NCBI GenBank assembly: GCA_964016885.1
Contig: OZ024740.1
Location: 61,938,001-62,002,000 of the forward strand
Reading direction: 5' to 3'
Length of the DNA stretch: 64,000 nucleotides
Origin: Eledone cirrhosa
Taxonomy: Eukaryota
A program made the translations under genes and the position numbers. How positions within the stretch are numbered: the first letter of the stretch is position 1; each line of letters opens with the position of its first letter. Shown piece after piece: positions 38,960 through 51,760 of this stretch. The notes beneath the pieces were generated by a model, which did not search any database, was not told the origin of the DNA, and saw nothing but the letters and a program-made list of their open reading frames with translations.

Positions 38960-40352
38960 TATAATAATGAAATTATTGTGTAAAGTGCTCAAGTGCACTA
39001 CAACTCGTCAAAGGTGCATGTATAGTACATAGAATAATATACAAATGTCAGAGAAGTGAATAGTGTATGAGTCATGATTTACATGTGTGTATGTGTATGG
39101 AGGGGGAACATTAGGCGTAGTGTTGGCTAATCTCGGGAAGCATGGAGGTTTTAAAGGATGCAGTGTCTCAACAGCTAACAACCAATGCAGGTAGTTTGTT
39201 CCATGATTCAGCAACTCTGAGCATGAAAAAATGTTTCCGAAAGTCATGGAGGCTGTGTTGTTTTCTCACTTTCTGGTTATGTCCACGTGTGTTAGACACA
39301 TGGAAATCAAAAAGGTACTCAGGGTTGTTGTTGGCAAGATGGTTAACAATTTTGTGGGTGTTTACCAAGTCAATTGCCAGGCGTCGGAGCTTCAATGTAT
39401 CTATGCCCAGGGAAGCAAGGCGTTCAGAGTATGGTAGATACCTGATGGAGGGTATTCGCTTGGTTGCACGTCTCTGAACAGTTTCCAGGCGGTCAATGTT
39501 CTGAGCAAGATAGGGGTTCCAGACTGGTGATGCAAATTCTAAGTGTGGCCGCACCATGTACAGCCTTAAATAGATAGCTGGAGATCAGTTGACAAAGGTC
39601 TTGCTGAGTGTTGCTAAGATACCCTTAGCTCTCTTGACAATTTTAGAGACGTGCTTCGTCCAACGCAAATCGCTGCTGACTGTAATGCCCAGGTCACGTT
39701 CACAAGAAGACTTCTTGATATTAGTGCTGTGGAGGGAGTATGTGGATGCTGGGTTTTTACTCCCAAAATGCATGGTGGTGCACTTGTCCACAGCTAGCTT
39801 GAGTTGCAAGTCTGAGATCCATTGTTGCATTGTGTCCAGGTCAGACTGCAAGCAAGATCTATAGTGTTCAGGATCTGTCCTTTTTATCTCAAGGTACAGC
39901 TTGATGCCATCTGCGTACTTTAGTACTGTGGCATTCTTTAAGTTGGCATCTATGTCATTAATATATGCCACAAACAAAAGGGGGCCAAGAAGAGATCCCT
40001 GTGGTACACCAGATGACATCTCATATGGTGAGGAATGATGTCCCAGAACCGTGACTACCTCTCTTCGACTGAGAATGAAGGACTTCAACCAGTTAAAAAG
40101 ATCATCCTTCACACCCATTGCAGATAGTTTTGCCATAAGCCTTTTGTGTCGCACAGAATTGAAGGCTTTCGCAAAGTCAAGGTAAACAACATCCACCCAT
40201 GAGCCGCCATCAGTGATCTGGGTGATGTCTTCAAGAAACTCGATAAGTTGATCCCAGCAGCTGGAGTTGGGGATAAATCCAAATTGAGAGGGCCGGATAA
40301 GACTGTGAGAGTTCCAGAAGTTCCAAAGTGTTTCTCTGACACAGGATTCCAT
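38960..40352 (-). mobile_element. 5'-truncated CR1/L2-group LINE (RT and C-terminus); tail fragment also near 15520-15610
   Basis: SQFGF, DVVYLDFAKAFNSV, SGVPQGSLLGPLLF, KYADG, ERDLG, RPHLEFASPVWNP, LETVQRRATK, TRGH. Confidence 0.92.
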
Positions 40353-40635
40353 CAGAATTCATCTAAAGGAAAGTCTTATACTCTCATTTTAATACCAACC
40401 TACAAGAATCTACTTCTGTGTTAAAATTGTCTAAGTTTAAGTGTTTACATCTAAATTGAAATCTTCCATTATAATTTTATGTAAGGACTTTTGTCTTATT
40501 TTGTAAACAACAACTTAATGAAAATACTATTTTACTAAAAACCCTCAAATTCTTGAGGAATAGGGTCATGGAAAGATTAATGTAATCAACAAGAAACTAA
40601 CTTTTTTTTGTTCTCTTTTGCTTTCTCTTTGGCAG

Positions 40636-40841
40636 AGAGATTCGTTCAAGGTGTGGGCATAATTTTGCTTTGACTGTCTCCATGCCACTTTCAGGGACAG
40701 GGAGTATAGTATCATATGCAGGTTGTGCTGTCATATTGAAAGCCAAGAAAGAAAACAAGTATGGCGAAGCACACCAGAGGTGGTATTATGATGCTGAAGC
40801 TGGCTATATCCAAGCTTTTGAAGTAGAAATTTTAAACAAAG
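40636..40841 (+). CDS. DCDC1: DCDC1-like exon 7 (phase 2 to 1), ricin-B-like segment
   Basis: pyrimidine tract + gcAG acceptor, GTTGGT donor; EIRSRCGHNFALTVSMP...YGEAHQRWYYDAEAGYIQAF. Confidence 0.85.
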
Positions 40842-41371
40842 GTTGGTGTAATATTGTATAATTTACATACAATAATGAGCTTTATGTATTTATTTGTTGC
40901 CACAGTAAGGTGACACAGAAGGCAAGTGAGTTAGTGGTTAGGGCATTGGACTTATGATCATAATATCATGGGTTTGATTCCTGGACTGGGTTGCATGTGA
41001 TGTTCTTGATCAAAACACTTCATATCATATTGTTCCAGTACACCCAGCTGAGAATAAGTATTGACAGTTGCCCCTGCAATGGACTCGAGTCCTGTCCAGA
41101 AAGAAGTCATGTATTCTCAATTGCTTAATACCAATGAAAACTGGGATAAACACTGGCCTTGTGAGTCTCTAAGCTTGGGACAAACTTTAACTTCAACTAA
41201 CAGTATGTTGAATGCAGATTTGGCAGAATGCTTAGAATGTTCACTTCACAGTCATCTCTATATGGTAACAAAACATGATAACAAAATTGTTTAACAGAGT
41301 CTGAATAATTTGAACAATACTAATGTCTGAAATATTCTTTTATTGTGCTTCTATATTTTCTTCATTCACAG

Positions 41372-41442
41372 AAATCACTGCAGCAAACAGCAGCAATATC
41401 TGTACTTATGCTATAACTTCTAAGACCAAAATTGATCAACCT
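41372..41442 (+). CDS. DCDC1: DCDC1-like exon 8 (phase 1 to 0)
   Basis: acAG acceptor, GTAAGT donor; EITAANSSNICTYAITSKTKIDQP; phases match. Confidence 0.82.
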
Positions 41443-43280
41443 GTAAGTTCTATAGATGATATATTTTATTTCATTTTCTTTTCTCTGTATTATATATTTC
41501 TTCTGAATGTATATTATTGTATGGTCATCATCACTTTATGTCTGCTTTTCCATGCTGGCATGGGATGGAAGGGTTATAACAGACCAAGTTAGCACATAAT
41601 CAGAGTTTCTTTCCTCCTAGATAGGCCAGAGACCACATCTCATGCATATTTTCTGATTTTAGCAAGATTTATACAGGTGGAAGCCCCTCCTAATTTCAGC
41701 CTCTTTACAGAATGTAGTGGGTGCACTTTATAATGGCACCAATACTAAGGAGATTATCATGGCCTTGATATGACTGAAGAATCCTCTCAACCACTTTACA
41801 GAGTATATTAGAAGTATGTGAATATAAATACATTTACAATCATGCACCTACACCCAAACACATATCATCATTATCATTTTATGTTTACTTTCCATGTTGG
41901 TATGAGCTGGAAAGGTTGTAACATCAGAGTTAGATCTTATTTGTTACTGCCCTCCTAAATGGGTTGGAGACACACATCTCGCTTATCTCCCTTGTATGTT
42001 CAATTCTGGCATGGTTTCTATGGCTGAATGTATGTAGATATACGCATGTATGTGTGTATGTATGTGTGTGTGTATTTATGTGTGTATGTCCACATACATA
42101 AATACATAATGGCTGCCCCCTCGTTTTCGAGTATGGCCATTGCACAATATACCATTATAAATAATTATTAATTAATTCTATTGTGCAATGCCTGTGCGTG
42201 AAGATTTCTTTTAAAGTGAAGAAAGACTGTGCACTGAGCCAATCTCACTCTCTGAGCGACAGTAGCTATAACCCGAAAAGAAGAAAAGATCAACATCATT
42301 GGTAACTACTGAGCCGCAGGTTTTATATCAGAGTTATCCCAGTTTCCTGAGTTGCCTTCTCCTAGAAGAATGCCCTGGCAAAGGCTAGGGGTCCTTCACT
42401 CCCAGTAGTTTAACCACGTGATCGGATCTCCAGCCCGACTATTTCTATCCCTGCGCATATACATACACATGCACACACATATATATATACATACATATGT
42501 ACATATTTACATATTTTTGGATGGCCGTTGACCCTTATGAGTTCTTCTGCCCTTTGTCAGGTTTTGTTTTTTGTCCTGCAGGATGTCGAAAATCACCCTC
42601 CTCACCAAGAAAACTTGGTGGAGTTGCCGCTTTAGTTGCCAATGATCCGACCATGCGACAGATTGTACTAGATTACATGTTACCCAGAAGCACTCAAGAG
42701 TGACCCATCATAATATACATACATACATACACACACGTACATACATATATACATAGTTACATATATGTCTCTATGCGTGGTATGTGTGTAAAGTGGTTGT
42801 GTAGGTGTCACAACAAAAAGCACTCAGTACTCACTGTAAATAAGGTTGGCATAAGGAAGGGCATCCAGCTGTAGAAACCAAGCCAGAATCAGTCCTGTAT
42901 GTGCAAGACATGGTCACCTGATCTAGTATTGCCCACAACAGGACAACTCGTCTAACCCATGCCTGTGTGGAAAATGGATGTAAAACGGTGATGATGATGA
43001 TATCTGTATATCTGTGTGTATAAAGGAAAAGAAAAAGTGGAAGAATGCTGTACTAGAGAACCCATGCAAATATGTAAAAGCAAACATAAAAATTATGATG
43101 ATGATAATATGGATATCAGTATATAGATATAGATATGTGTGTGTGGGTGTGTTGTTGGTGCACATTTATTGATTTTATTTCATAGTTATCTGCCTACACA
43201 ATATGGGTGTATTGCACACGTTAACATTTACATAAATAAACCATAAAACACATGCATAGACACAGAGACACATATGTAAC

Positions 43281-43461
43281 TATGTATGTAAGCATGTATG
43301 CATGTATGTATGATGTATGTATGTATGTATATATCGTATGTATGTATGTATGTATGTATGTTTGATGTATGTAAATATGTATGTATGTATGTAACTATGT
43401 ATGTATGTATAATGTATTAATATGTATGTATGATGTATGTGTGTATGTATATATGTATGCA
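43281..43461. repeat. (TATG)n microsatellite
   Basis: visible. Confidence 0.9.
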
Positions 43462-44785
43462 TTCATTCACTCATTCATCGGCTCTGCTTTTACCATTGTT
43501 GTTCTCATTAACTTTATAATGTCTAAAGATAGGCTGACCTTTTCATACTGTTTATGAAAATGAAAGAAAAATCAGGTTCTAAGTTTGCATTTGAAGTTAT
43601 GTTTTTCTGTGAAATATCGAAGTATTGTATCAGTCTTCCTGAAGATTGTATATGTTGATAAACAATTTACACAATGAAGGTTTTTTTAAGAATATCATTT
43701 CTTCAGCAAATTTATTTGATGGAAGAACTACAATCAATTAAATCAATTCTAAGAGCTTACTATCAAATCAAAATCTTTCTTTGGTCACTGAATCTGCTTG
43801 AAATAGCAACCAAAACAATTTTATAAAAAAGAAGTCATCATTCCCTTACCTCAGGGTAAAAAGGCCTTTTCGGCTGAGTCAATGATGACAACCTCCCTAG
43901 TGCTGGTGCAATGATAAAATGCACTCAATACATTCTGTAAAGTCGTTGGTGTTAGGAATGGCTTCCTGTGATAGCAACCATGCACAATCATCATCATTTT
44001 ACATCTGCTTTTCCTTGCTTGCAAAGGTGGAATGGGTCCTTTTCAGCACAGCATCTCTCCATTTGTCACGGTCCTTTGTCATCTTCTCTGTGAGCTTCAG
44101 CAATCTGAGGTCGGCTCTCACCACCTCTACCCATGTTTTTTGTGGTCTTCATCATCATCATTTTACGTCCGCTTTTCCCTGCTTGCAAGGGTGGGACATC
44201 ATAAATAAAAAGATATGAAAGTGTGCAACCTCTAAATATTATTCGATTGACCTATAATTCGGCATAATTTGTTATTTCATCAACTCTTGGTGATATGATC
44301 TACCTGTGGTAGTTGTTTTTGTTTAGTCCCTGGTCAGTCTTGATCCAGCAGATCTATAATAAAAAACTTTCCTGCTATAATCATCCCATCTTTTTCCTTA
44401 TGTGCAAAGAACCCATGACTGCATTATTAAGTATGTTCTTAATCCTTTAGCATTTACATTACTCTATATTTACTATTGTATTTTCATGGTAAAGGCTTTA
44501 GCTCACATAATATCAAACCTATGAGATTTTGATATTTATTTTGAGAATAATACCTTAACATCAGTATGAGTGGCTGGTTACAGCCAGTTTTAACAGAAAA
44601 AGGTGAGAGAATTCTGACCAAATGCGGCAGGTTTAAATGCTAAAGGTGTGCGGAAGGTTTGGCTGTTATTTCTAACATGGTTTTAAAGGATCATGCAGAG
44701 GCTCCCTTATTGTGTTGGTGTTGGATAATAAATTGAAAGTGAAAGAAAAACAAAAAAATCTATTTTGTTTTCTCAAATTTTACAG

Positions 44786-44945
44786 GGTTACTCAGTAGAA
44801 CTGCCCCAGAAACAGGATCCTTTAAGTGGTCAAAGTGTTTTGTATAAAAATCTCTGTCTTTCATGTGCCTATACCCTAAGAGGAAAATATTGTATGCAGA
44901 AACTAAAGCCAGGTACAGAATTTTCCTGTGCTATGGGTGAACAAG
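44786..44945 (+). CDS. DCDC1: DCDC1-like exon 9 (phase 0 to 1)
   Basis: ttttacAG acceptor, GTCAGT donor; GYSVELPQK...CLSCAYTLRGKYCMQKLKPGTEFSCAMGEQ. Confidence 0.82.
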
Positions 44946-44975
44946 GTCAGTAATTGTTCTTATCTTGTTGTTGTT

Positions 44976-45162
44976 GTAGTAGTAGCAGTAGTAGTAGTGG
45001 TAGTGATAGTAGTAGCAGTAACAGCAGTAGTGGCATTAATAGTAATAGCTGCAGCAGCAGCAGTAGTAGTAGTAGTAGCAGTAGAAGTTATAGTAGTAGT
45101 AGTGGTAGTAGCAGCAGTAGTGGCAGTAGTAGTAGTAGTAGTAGTAGCAGCAGTAGTAGTAG
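44976..45162. repeat. (AGT/AGC)n microsatellite 30 nt downstream of the exon 9 donor
   Basis: visible; gives poly-S/V/T spurious ORFs. Confidence 0.9.
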
Positions 45163-45500
45163 TGTATTTGTCGTCAAATACTTTGGTCACCTGTAGGTAA
45201 TGTGTATAGATATAAATGAACCTCCCTTGGTTTCAAAAATAATTGTTCCAATTGTTTGATCAATGAAACAATCTGCTCATAAAATGAACATCAAAGTTGA
45301 GCATTTCACAGAAACATATACATCAAATATAATTCTCAGTGTGTGACAAGGTGTCTCTCTCTCTCTGTATCTGGTTTAGAATAGGTATGCCACATCCCTG
45401 CATGTCATAAAAGTCACTAAAAAAGTTGGCATCAAGAAGGGCATCCTTCTGTAAAAACCTTGCCTCGAAAAAAGACCTCATGTCATGGGGCCCACAAAGC

Positions 45501-45960
45501 TGTAGCGGAACTACTTCATACCTTGCAATAGCAATGTTTCATATGTGATTGGGTTAAACAGACCAATTGTATTTGATCACGTATGAATACATTGTTGCCC
45601 CCTCCTTATAAAACCTTCTAGTTCAGTAGAGATAACTCTAGACAGCAAGAGGGGAAGACGTATTACTGAGTAGCTCCTACATATTCCTCGTATTTTCCTG
45701 TGAAGAGGAACTAAATATTTATCAACAAGACGTATTCAACATCTCGGGAATTGTTCTATTACGGTATGAGATGTTCAACGTTTCCTGTTTTGTTCTAGAC
45801 AGTTTCTGCCTAGCTTCAACCTAAAGGCCAGTAATTGCTTTCATTTCTTATATCCTCTTGTGTGTATATAAATTTGGTTTCAAACAATAAATATGTATTT
45901 ATATCGAATTGAGTATTAAAAATATGATTTATACATGGATGTCAGAAGCCTGTCACTGCA
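45501..45960 (+). mobile_element. Possible solo LTR
   Basis: TGTAGCG...CACTGCA imperfect inverted ends, CCAAT and TATAAAA near 45564-45613, AATAAA near 45886; no clean target-site duplication. Confidence 0.45.
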
Positions 45961-46873
45961 AGTAAAAGAAGAAGGACCACACTAAACAAGGTCTACAAAT
46001 GTTTCAACCTGTAATTATTAATATGCATTTAACTCTCTTTTTGTTGTAAAGTTGCTTTTGTGGGGAAATGACCATAAAGTATTTGTTGTGTTGTTACACA
46101 GTGTATAACAGGACTGTTCCTTTGTATTACAGTGAGAGTCCATTTGAGAGGCTTCCAAATAGTGTCTGTCTATTCAGTTTCATTCACATGGCTTGGATCA
46201 ACCCAAGGCGTATAGTAAATGATGCTTGCCCTATATGACACATAGTAGGACTGAACTTGGAACCTTCTGAATGTGAAGTGATCTTCTCAGCAATTTAGCC
46301 AGGCTATGTGAGCATTAAAAAACTAAATGGAGTTCAATATGCAACTCTGTTACAAGCATTTGGGCCAGGTGCAAAATTGATTTAAGAATAATAGACAGTA
46401 CCTTTTATTAAAAATATGGTAATTCAAGGGTTAATGCAAAGACCCTGTAGATAATGACATCTAGATGACCAATTACATTAAATAAAATGGGTATTGAAAA
46501 GCTGAAGGCAAACGAAATATTCAGTGAGAAAAAACAAACAAGCAATATACATCTGACCATATATATTTAATTATTCAAGCAATTACAAGAGACATATCTA
46601 CAAGATATGTTTCTGTTTTATATAGAACATATGGATGGTATATCATCATATTTATTTAATTTCAAAACAATTCTGTTTTCATACACCTACAAATTTACCA
46701 CACATTTCTGTATATTAGCAAGTACTTCAACAAATTTTAGTGATGTTACATTTCACTGACAATGCTCAATGAAGCAGAAATATGTTGCTGGAAAAATGCA
46801 TAAATGATATTAGTCATTATGTATTTCTTGTTTTATCTACTCTAACTATTTTGATATTCCATGTATTTAAGTA

Positions 46874-49800
46874 TCATCATCATCATCATCATCGTTTAAC
46901 GTCCATGTTCCACGCTTGCATGGGTTTGGACGGGAGTTTTCCCACTTGAGGCAAGAGTGGTTGTCATTGCTCGCATAGGACTGTCTGACGGGTTTTCTAC
47001 AGCTGGATGCCCTTCCTAACACCAACCACATTTACAGTGTGGGGCTGGGAGGTTTTTACCGTGTTGCCTACACGGCCACATTACAGCGTGGACTGTGTGT
47101 TTTTTTGTCGTGATATCTACACGATCTCATTTGTTTCGGCCTGGATTTTGTGGCACCAACATAACTTTACATTGAAAAGGGCGGTGTGGATGGGGTGGGG
47201 GTGGTGGGACGGGAGTGTATTTTGTTAGAGATGCCTACTGACTGTAGTAGGTTTTACTTTGTATTTAGGTAAGGCGGGTCTTCTCTATTACTGAGTACCG
47301 CCAAAGGTCTTGGTCCAGTGACATTGTCTTGGAGAGGTGTAAGTGTGTGAGGTCGGAATTTATCAGCTCGTCCCAGGTTTTTCTGGGTCTGCGTACTCCG
47401 TGGCTACCGTCTATCTTTATTTCCCTGCACTTTGTTATACAGCTGTCGTCTTTCATGCGCATCATGTGACCATACCAACGTAGCCTTCTCTCGAGCAAAC
47501 AACATCTGATCCCTCTTATTTCTAATTTTTCCCTTAGTTCGTTTATGCTTTGCCGTTCACGTATATTACTATTACACATCCAGCGAAGCATGCAAGCTTC
47601 GTTCCTCTCTAGTCTGCGTATATCCTCTGCACACAATGCCCAGGTCTCACTGCCATGCAACATTGCTGTTCGTATGCAGGCATCATACAACCTGCCTTTC
47701 ATTTTTAGGGAGGACCCTTTAGCGGCTAATAGTGGTATAAGCTCTCTGAACTTTTTCCATCCAGTTCTGACTCTAGCTACTGTACTTTCAGAGCACCCTC
47801 CCCCACTGCTGATTTTGTCACCCAGGTAACGGAAGCTGTCCACTATTTCTATAGAACCCTCTGCGCAATTGAAAGAGCTAGTATTTTGTGGGCACTTGCT
47901 GCTACTTATTGCACCAGAGCACCGGCCACATGTATAATCTATGTTCTTAGTTAGCTTACCTGTGATCCCACTACATCTTTTATGCACCCATACTTTGCAT
48001 TTGGGTTATAAAATGGAGTTTCTACCTACGCCTTTCCTTCACACTGAGCATGGCCATTTCCCGGAAGGGACCGGCACCTTATTTTCTTTCCTACAAACTA
48101 GAACTTTAGTCTTAGCCAGGTTAATTTTAAGGCCTTTTGATTCTAGGCCATGCTTCCATGTTTGGAATTTATTCTCTAGCTCGGCCATTGATTCAGCTAT
48201 GAGCGTTAGATCATCTGCGTATAGGAGTTCCCATGGCCAGCCGGTCTTGAACTCCTCTGTTATAGCCTGAAGGGCAATAATAAATAGTAGGGGGCTAAAA
48301 ATAGAGCCCTAATGGACACCAACTTTTACGCTAAACTCTTCACTATATTCGTTGTTAATTCTAACCTTGCTGACTGTTTCTTTATACATGGCTTGTATAC
48401 TCTCACAAGCCATTCGTCAACACCTAGTTTTCTAAGAGCCCACCAGATAATGGAACGGGGGACTCTGTCGAAGGCTTTCTCCAAGTCGACAAAAGCTAAG
48501 TATAGGGGTTTACTTTTAGGTAGGTACTTCTCCTGTAGTTGTCGTACAAGGAAAAGGGCGTCTGTGGTACTTTTGCCTGACACAAACCCGAACTGCATTT
48601 CATCTAGATCAATTCTCTCTCTGATTAGTTGCGCTATTACTTTTTCCGTGACCTTCATGACCTGGTCGATTAATTTAATGCCTCTATAGTTACTCCTATC
48701 TAGGGCATCTCCTTTACCCTTGTAGCAGTTAATGATGATGCTGCTGCACCAGTCCTTCGGAACGACCCCATTCTGTATGACTTGGTTTACTATCCGGAGA
48801 CCATGGTGTGTCCCACCGTTCCAGAGGCTTTCAGCATCTCAGCAACTATTTCCGAAGGCCCAGCCGCCTTAACCGTCTTCATATCTTTGATTGCCTTACT
48901 TATTATACTACCTTCGACTAACACTGCTGGTCCCTCTATTGGGTCGATGTGGGGGAGACTGTCTTTCTCCCATTTATTCTCCTCATTTAGTAGCCTTTCG
49001 TAGTGACACTTCCAAGCTACCTTCTTATCAGCGTCAGTGATGGCAAGTACACCATCATCGTTAAGTACACACTTCTCCCCGACAATATCACGGTTTTCCT
49101 TGACACATTGCCTAGCAATCCTGAACACCTCACGTTTTTGGTCCTCGCGTTGTAGAACATGCTTGAACTTTCTTTCCTCTGCTTCCCTTCTTGCGAAGTA
49201 CACTTGTCTCCTAGCTTCCCTCCTGGCCACTTGATAGTCTTCTCTACTTCCCCCATCCCGCCATGCTTTCCAAGCCTGCTTTTTGGCCTTGATTGACCCC
49301 TCCACCTTATTGTTCCACCACCATGTTACTCTCCTCCTGCCTACAGGCCTGCTCCAGCCACAGACTTCGTCTGCCGCCATCAGCAGGTTTGCTTTCAGGA
49401 ATTCCCACTGTTCCTCTACATTGTACGACTCTAATTGCTCTTCCTTACTGTCGAAAGCATCAAGTAATATGCTTTGTAATTTATTTCCGGCTGTGGGATC
49501 CTTTAGCTTCCATATTTTTCTCCTGAGGATAGTCCTCTTCTGCTGTCTAGTACGTCTCATCCTGACTATGAGGTCGCTAATTATCAGTCTATGTTGGAAG
49601 GTGCATTCTTCATGGGGTAGGGATTTAGTGTTTACTACAGACACTCTGTCACATCTTCTGGTAAGGATATAATCTACCTGGCTGGTATGTTCCCCTGATC
49701 TGTAGGTGATCAAGTGATTGTCTCATTTTTTGAAGTTAGTGTTACAGATAGTTAGGTTATTTGCATCACAGAATTCCAGGATTCTGGAGCCTTCCTCGTT

Positions 49801-50252
49801 TCTAGTACCAAACCCATAGCCTCCGTGGATTCTGTCATAGCCGTCACAATGTTGTCCAACGTGGCCATTTAGGTCGCCAGCAATAATTATATAGTCACTG
49901 TCGGTTATTTGGGAGGTAGTGAGCATCAGTGTCTCATAGAATCTGTCTTTTATAGCGCCAGGCAGTCCGGATTGGGACGCGTATGCAGATATTACTGTCA
50001 CAGTAGTTCTGTTTAGAACAAGTCTTATTTTAATTATTCTGTCATTCACTCTATTTACATCTATTATCTTATCCACCCATTTTTCTGCTAATATGATTCC
50101 TACCCCACCTATCCTATTGTCATTTCCCACCCAGAAAAGCTTATAGCAACGTTTTTTACCCACAATGAATCTAGCAGACCCGCCCCTCCACCTGGTCTCT
50201 TGGATACAGCAAACATCAACCTCCTTACGTTCAAGCAATTCTACAACCTCAA
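46874..50252 (-). mobile_element. RTE-clade LINE copy 2 (same family as copy 1), most of APE retained, several stops/frameshifts
   Basis: ORF pieces 49723-50238 (CIQETRW, AGDLNGHVG), 48790-49713, 48326-48658, 47265-47987 are highly similar to copy 1. Confidence 0.95.
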
Positions 50253-50828
50253 CTATTCATTTGCATCAAATAATGTTTTCTTATGTCACTTAATGTCCCA
50301 TTAAATGTTATAGAACATTTCCAAATGTTCATTAACGTTGCTAAATTTATAGAAAAGCACCCTACGTTGTTTGTTAAGAAATGTTTTTTCTAGGTTTTTT
50401 TCCCTGAGTTTTGAACTTACCTGACCTCTGAATCTTGCAGTCAATTTTTTTTCCGTAAATGAAATTGGGTAGGGGGACTCTACATCAAATTACTCTATTT
50501 ATTTAGTTTTGATTTATTTTATATCAGAATTTGTGAATAATATCATTGTTATCTATAGGTTTCCAATCATCATCATCATCATCATCATCACCGTTTTACG
50601 TCCGTTCTTCCACGCTAGCATGGGTTAGACGGGTTGTCCTGTTGTGGGCAGTGTCTGGTCGGCTGACCATGCCTTGCTCATACAGGAACTGAGTTAATCA
50701 TTGATTCACTATATTTCCGACAATGAGAGCAGCAAGGAAGTGTATGTAACTCAGTGTAGAACAAATATCACAATGCAGCCAGTTCTATTTGAACAGTGAT
50801 CCATTGATATATATATATGTATATATGT

Positions 50829-51150
50829 ATCCAAAGTGTGTCAAATGAAACAGGACTGGGGTTGCAAAAAAAAATATTTCGAACCCATACTACAAACGAC
50901 ATGTTTTCCTGTTTGAAATAATCCCCCTTCAGTCTAACACACTTACCCATCCTTCTCTGCCATGCCTCAATACACTCCTGGAATGGTTCTCCCAGGATTC
51001 TCTGAAGCTCTGTCATTACAGCACTCTTGATGGCTCCTCTGGGTCGTACTCGAAGATCCATAACTCATCACCGGTGATGACTTTCCCAGCAAGTCTGGAT
51101 CAGTTCCAAAATGCTTGAGATTGTCCTAACACACCTGCCACTACACCACT
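50829..51150 (-). mobile_element. Mariner-like transposon fragment
   Basis: IKSAVMTELQRI..EPFQECIEAWQRRMGKCVRLKGDYF is a mariner transposase C-terminal motif (W..R..KC....GDYF). Confidence 0.75.
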
Positions 51151-51264
51151 GATTCTGTAAGTGAACTACTCTGTTCCTGGATTCATTTTATTTATCATTG
51201 AGTAAGAATGTGTGTGCAAAGCTCCCCATGGTAATGTGATTTCATAAATTTATATATATATATA

Positions 51265-51299
<35 letters not shown>

Positions 51300-51760
51300 T
51301 ATATCAGTATTTATGTCCGTTTAACTTAGAATCCGATCTTTTCAATATTATTGATAATTCTGTCAGACTCTCAAAAATAATCTTGTATTTAAACTCCGAT
51401 TACTGTTATATGTTCGTTTAACTTTTCATAACTAAGGTTGAATCTGTAGGACATTTTTTAAAATAATCTTCTCGTTAACTCCCCCCCCCCCCCCGCCCCC
51501 ACATGCCGCCATTACTATTTGGTCCAATCATAATTCAGTGGCTTATAGTATGTTTCTCTTACCAATCTCTATCACAAAAGCACCGCCTCAGCTATTACTC
51601 CTTAAGTTTAGACCTGGTTGCTTTTCAATATGCTAGATGGACTACAGAATTTGGAGAGTCTGAACAATCTGAACACTTAATGACAATGTCAAAGATAAAG
51701 ATAAATTCACCTCCTGTTGCCAGACGAGAATGCAAGGACTCCTCTTTATTTCAGACATGA

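Noticed and set aside
43631-43695. Hammerhead-like CTGAAGA-stem-GAAG
   Set aside because: GAAA box altered and helices I/III unconvincing; at most a very decayed copy
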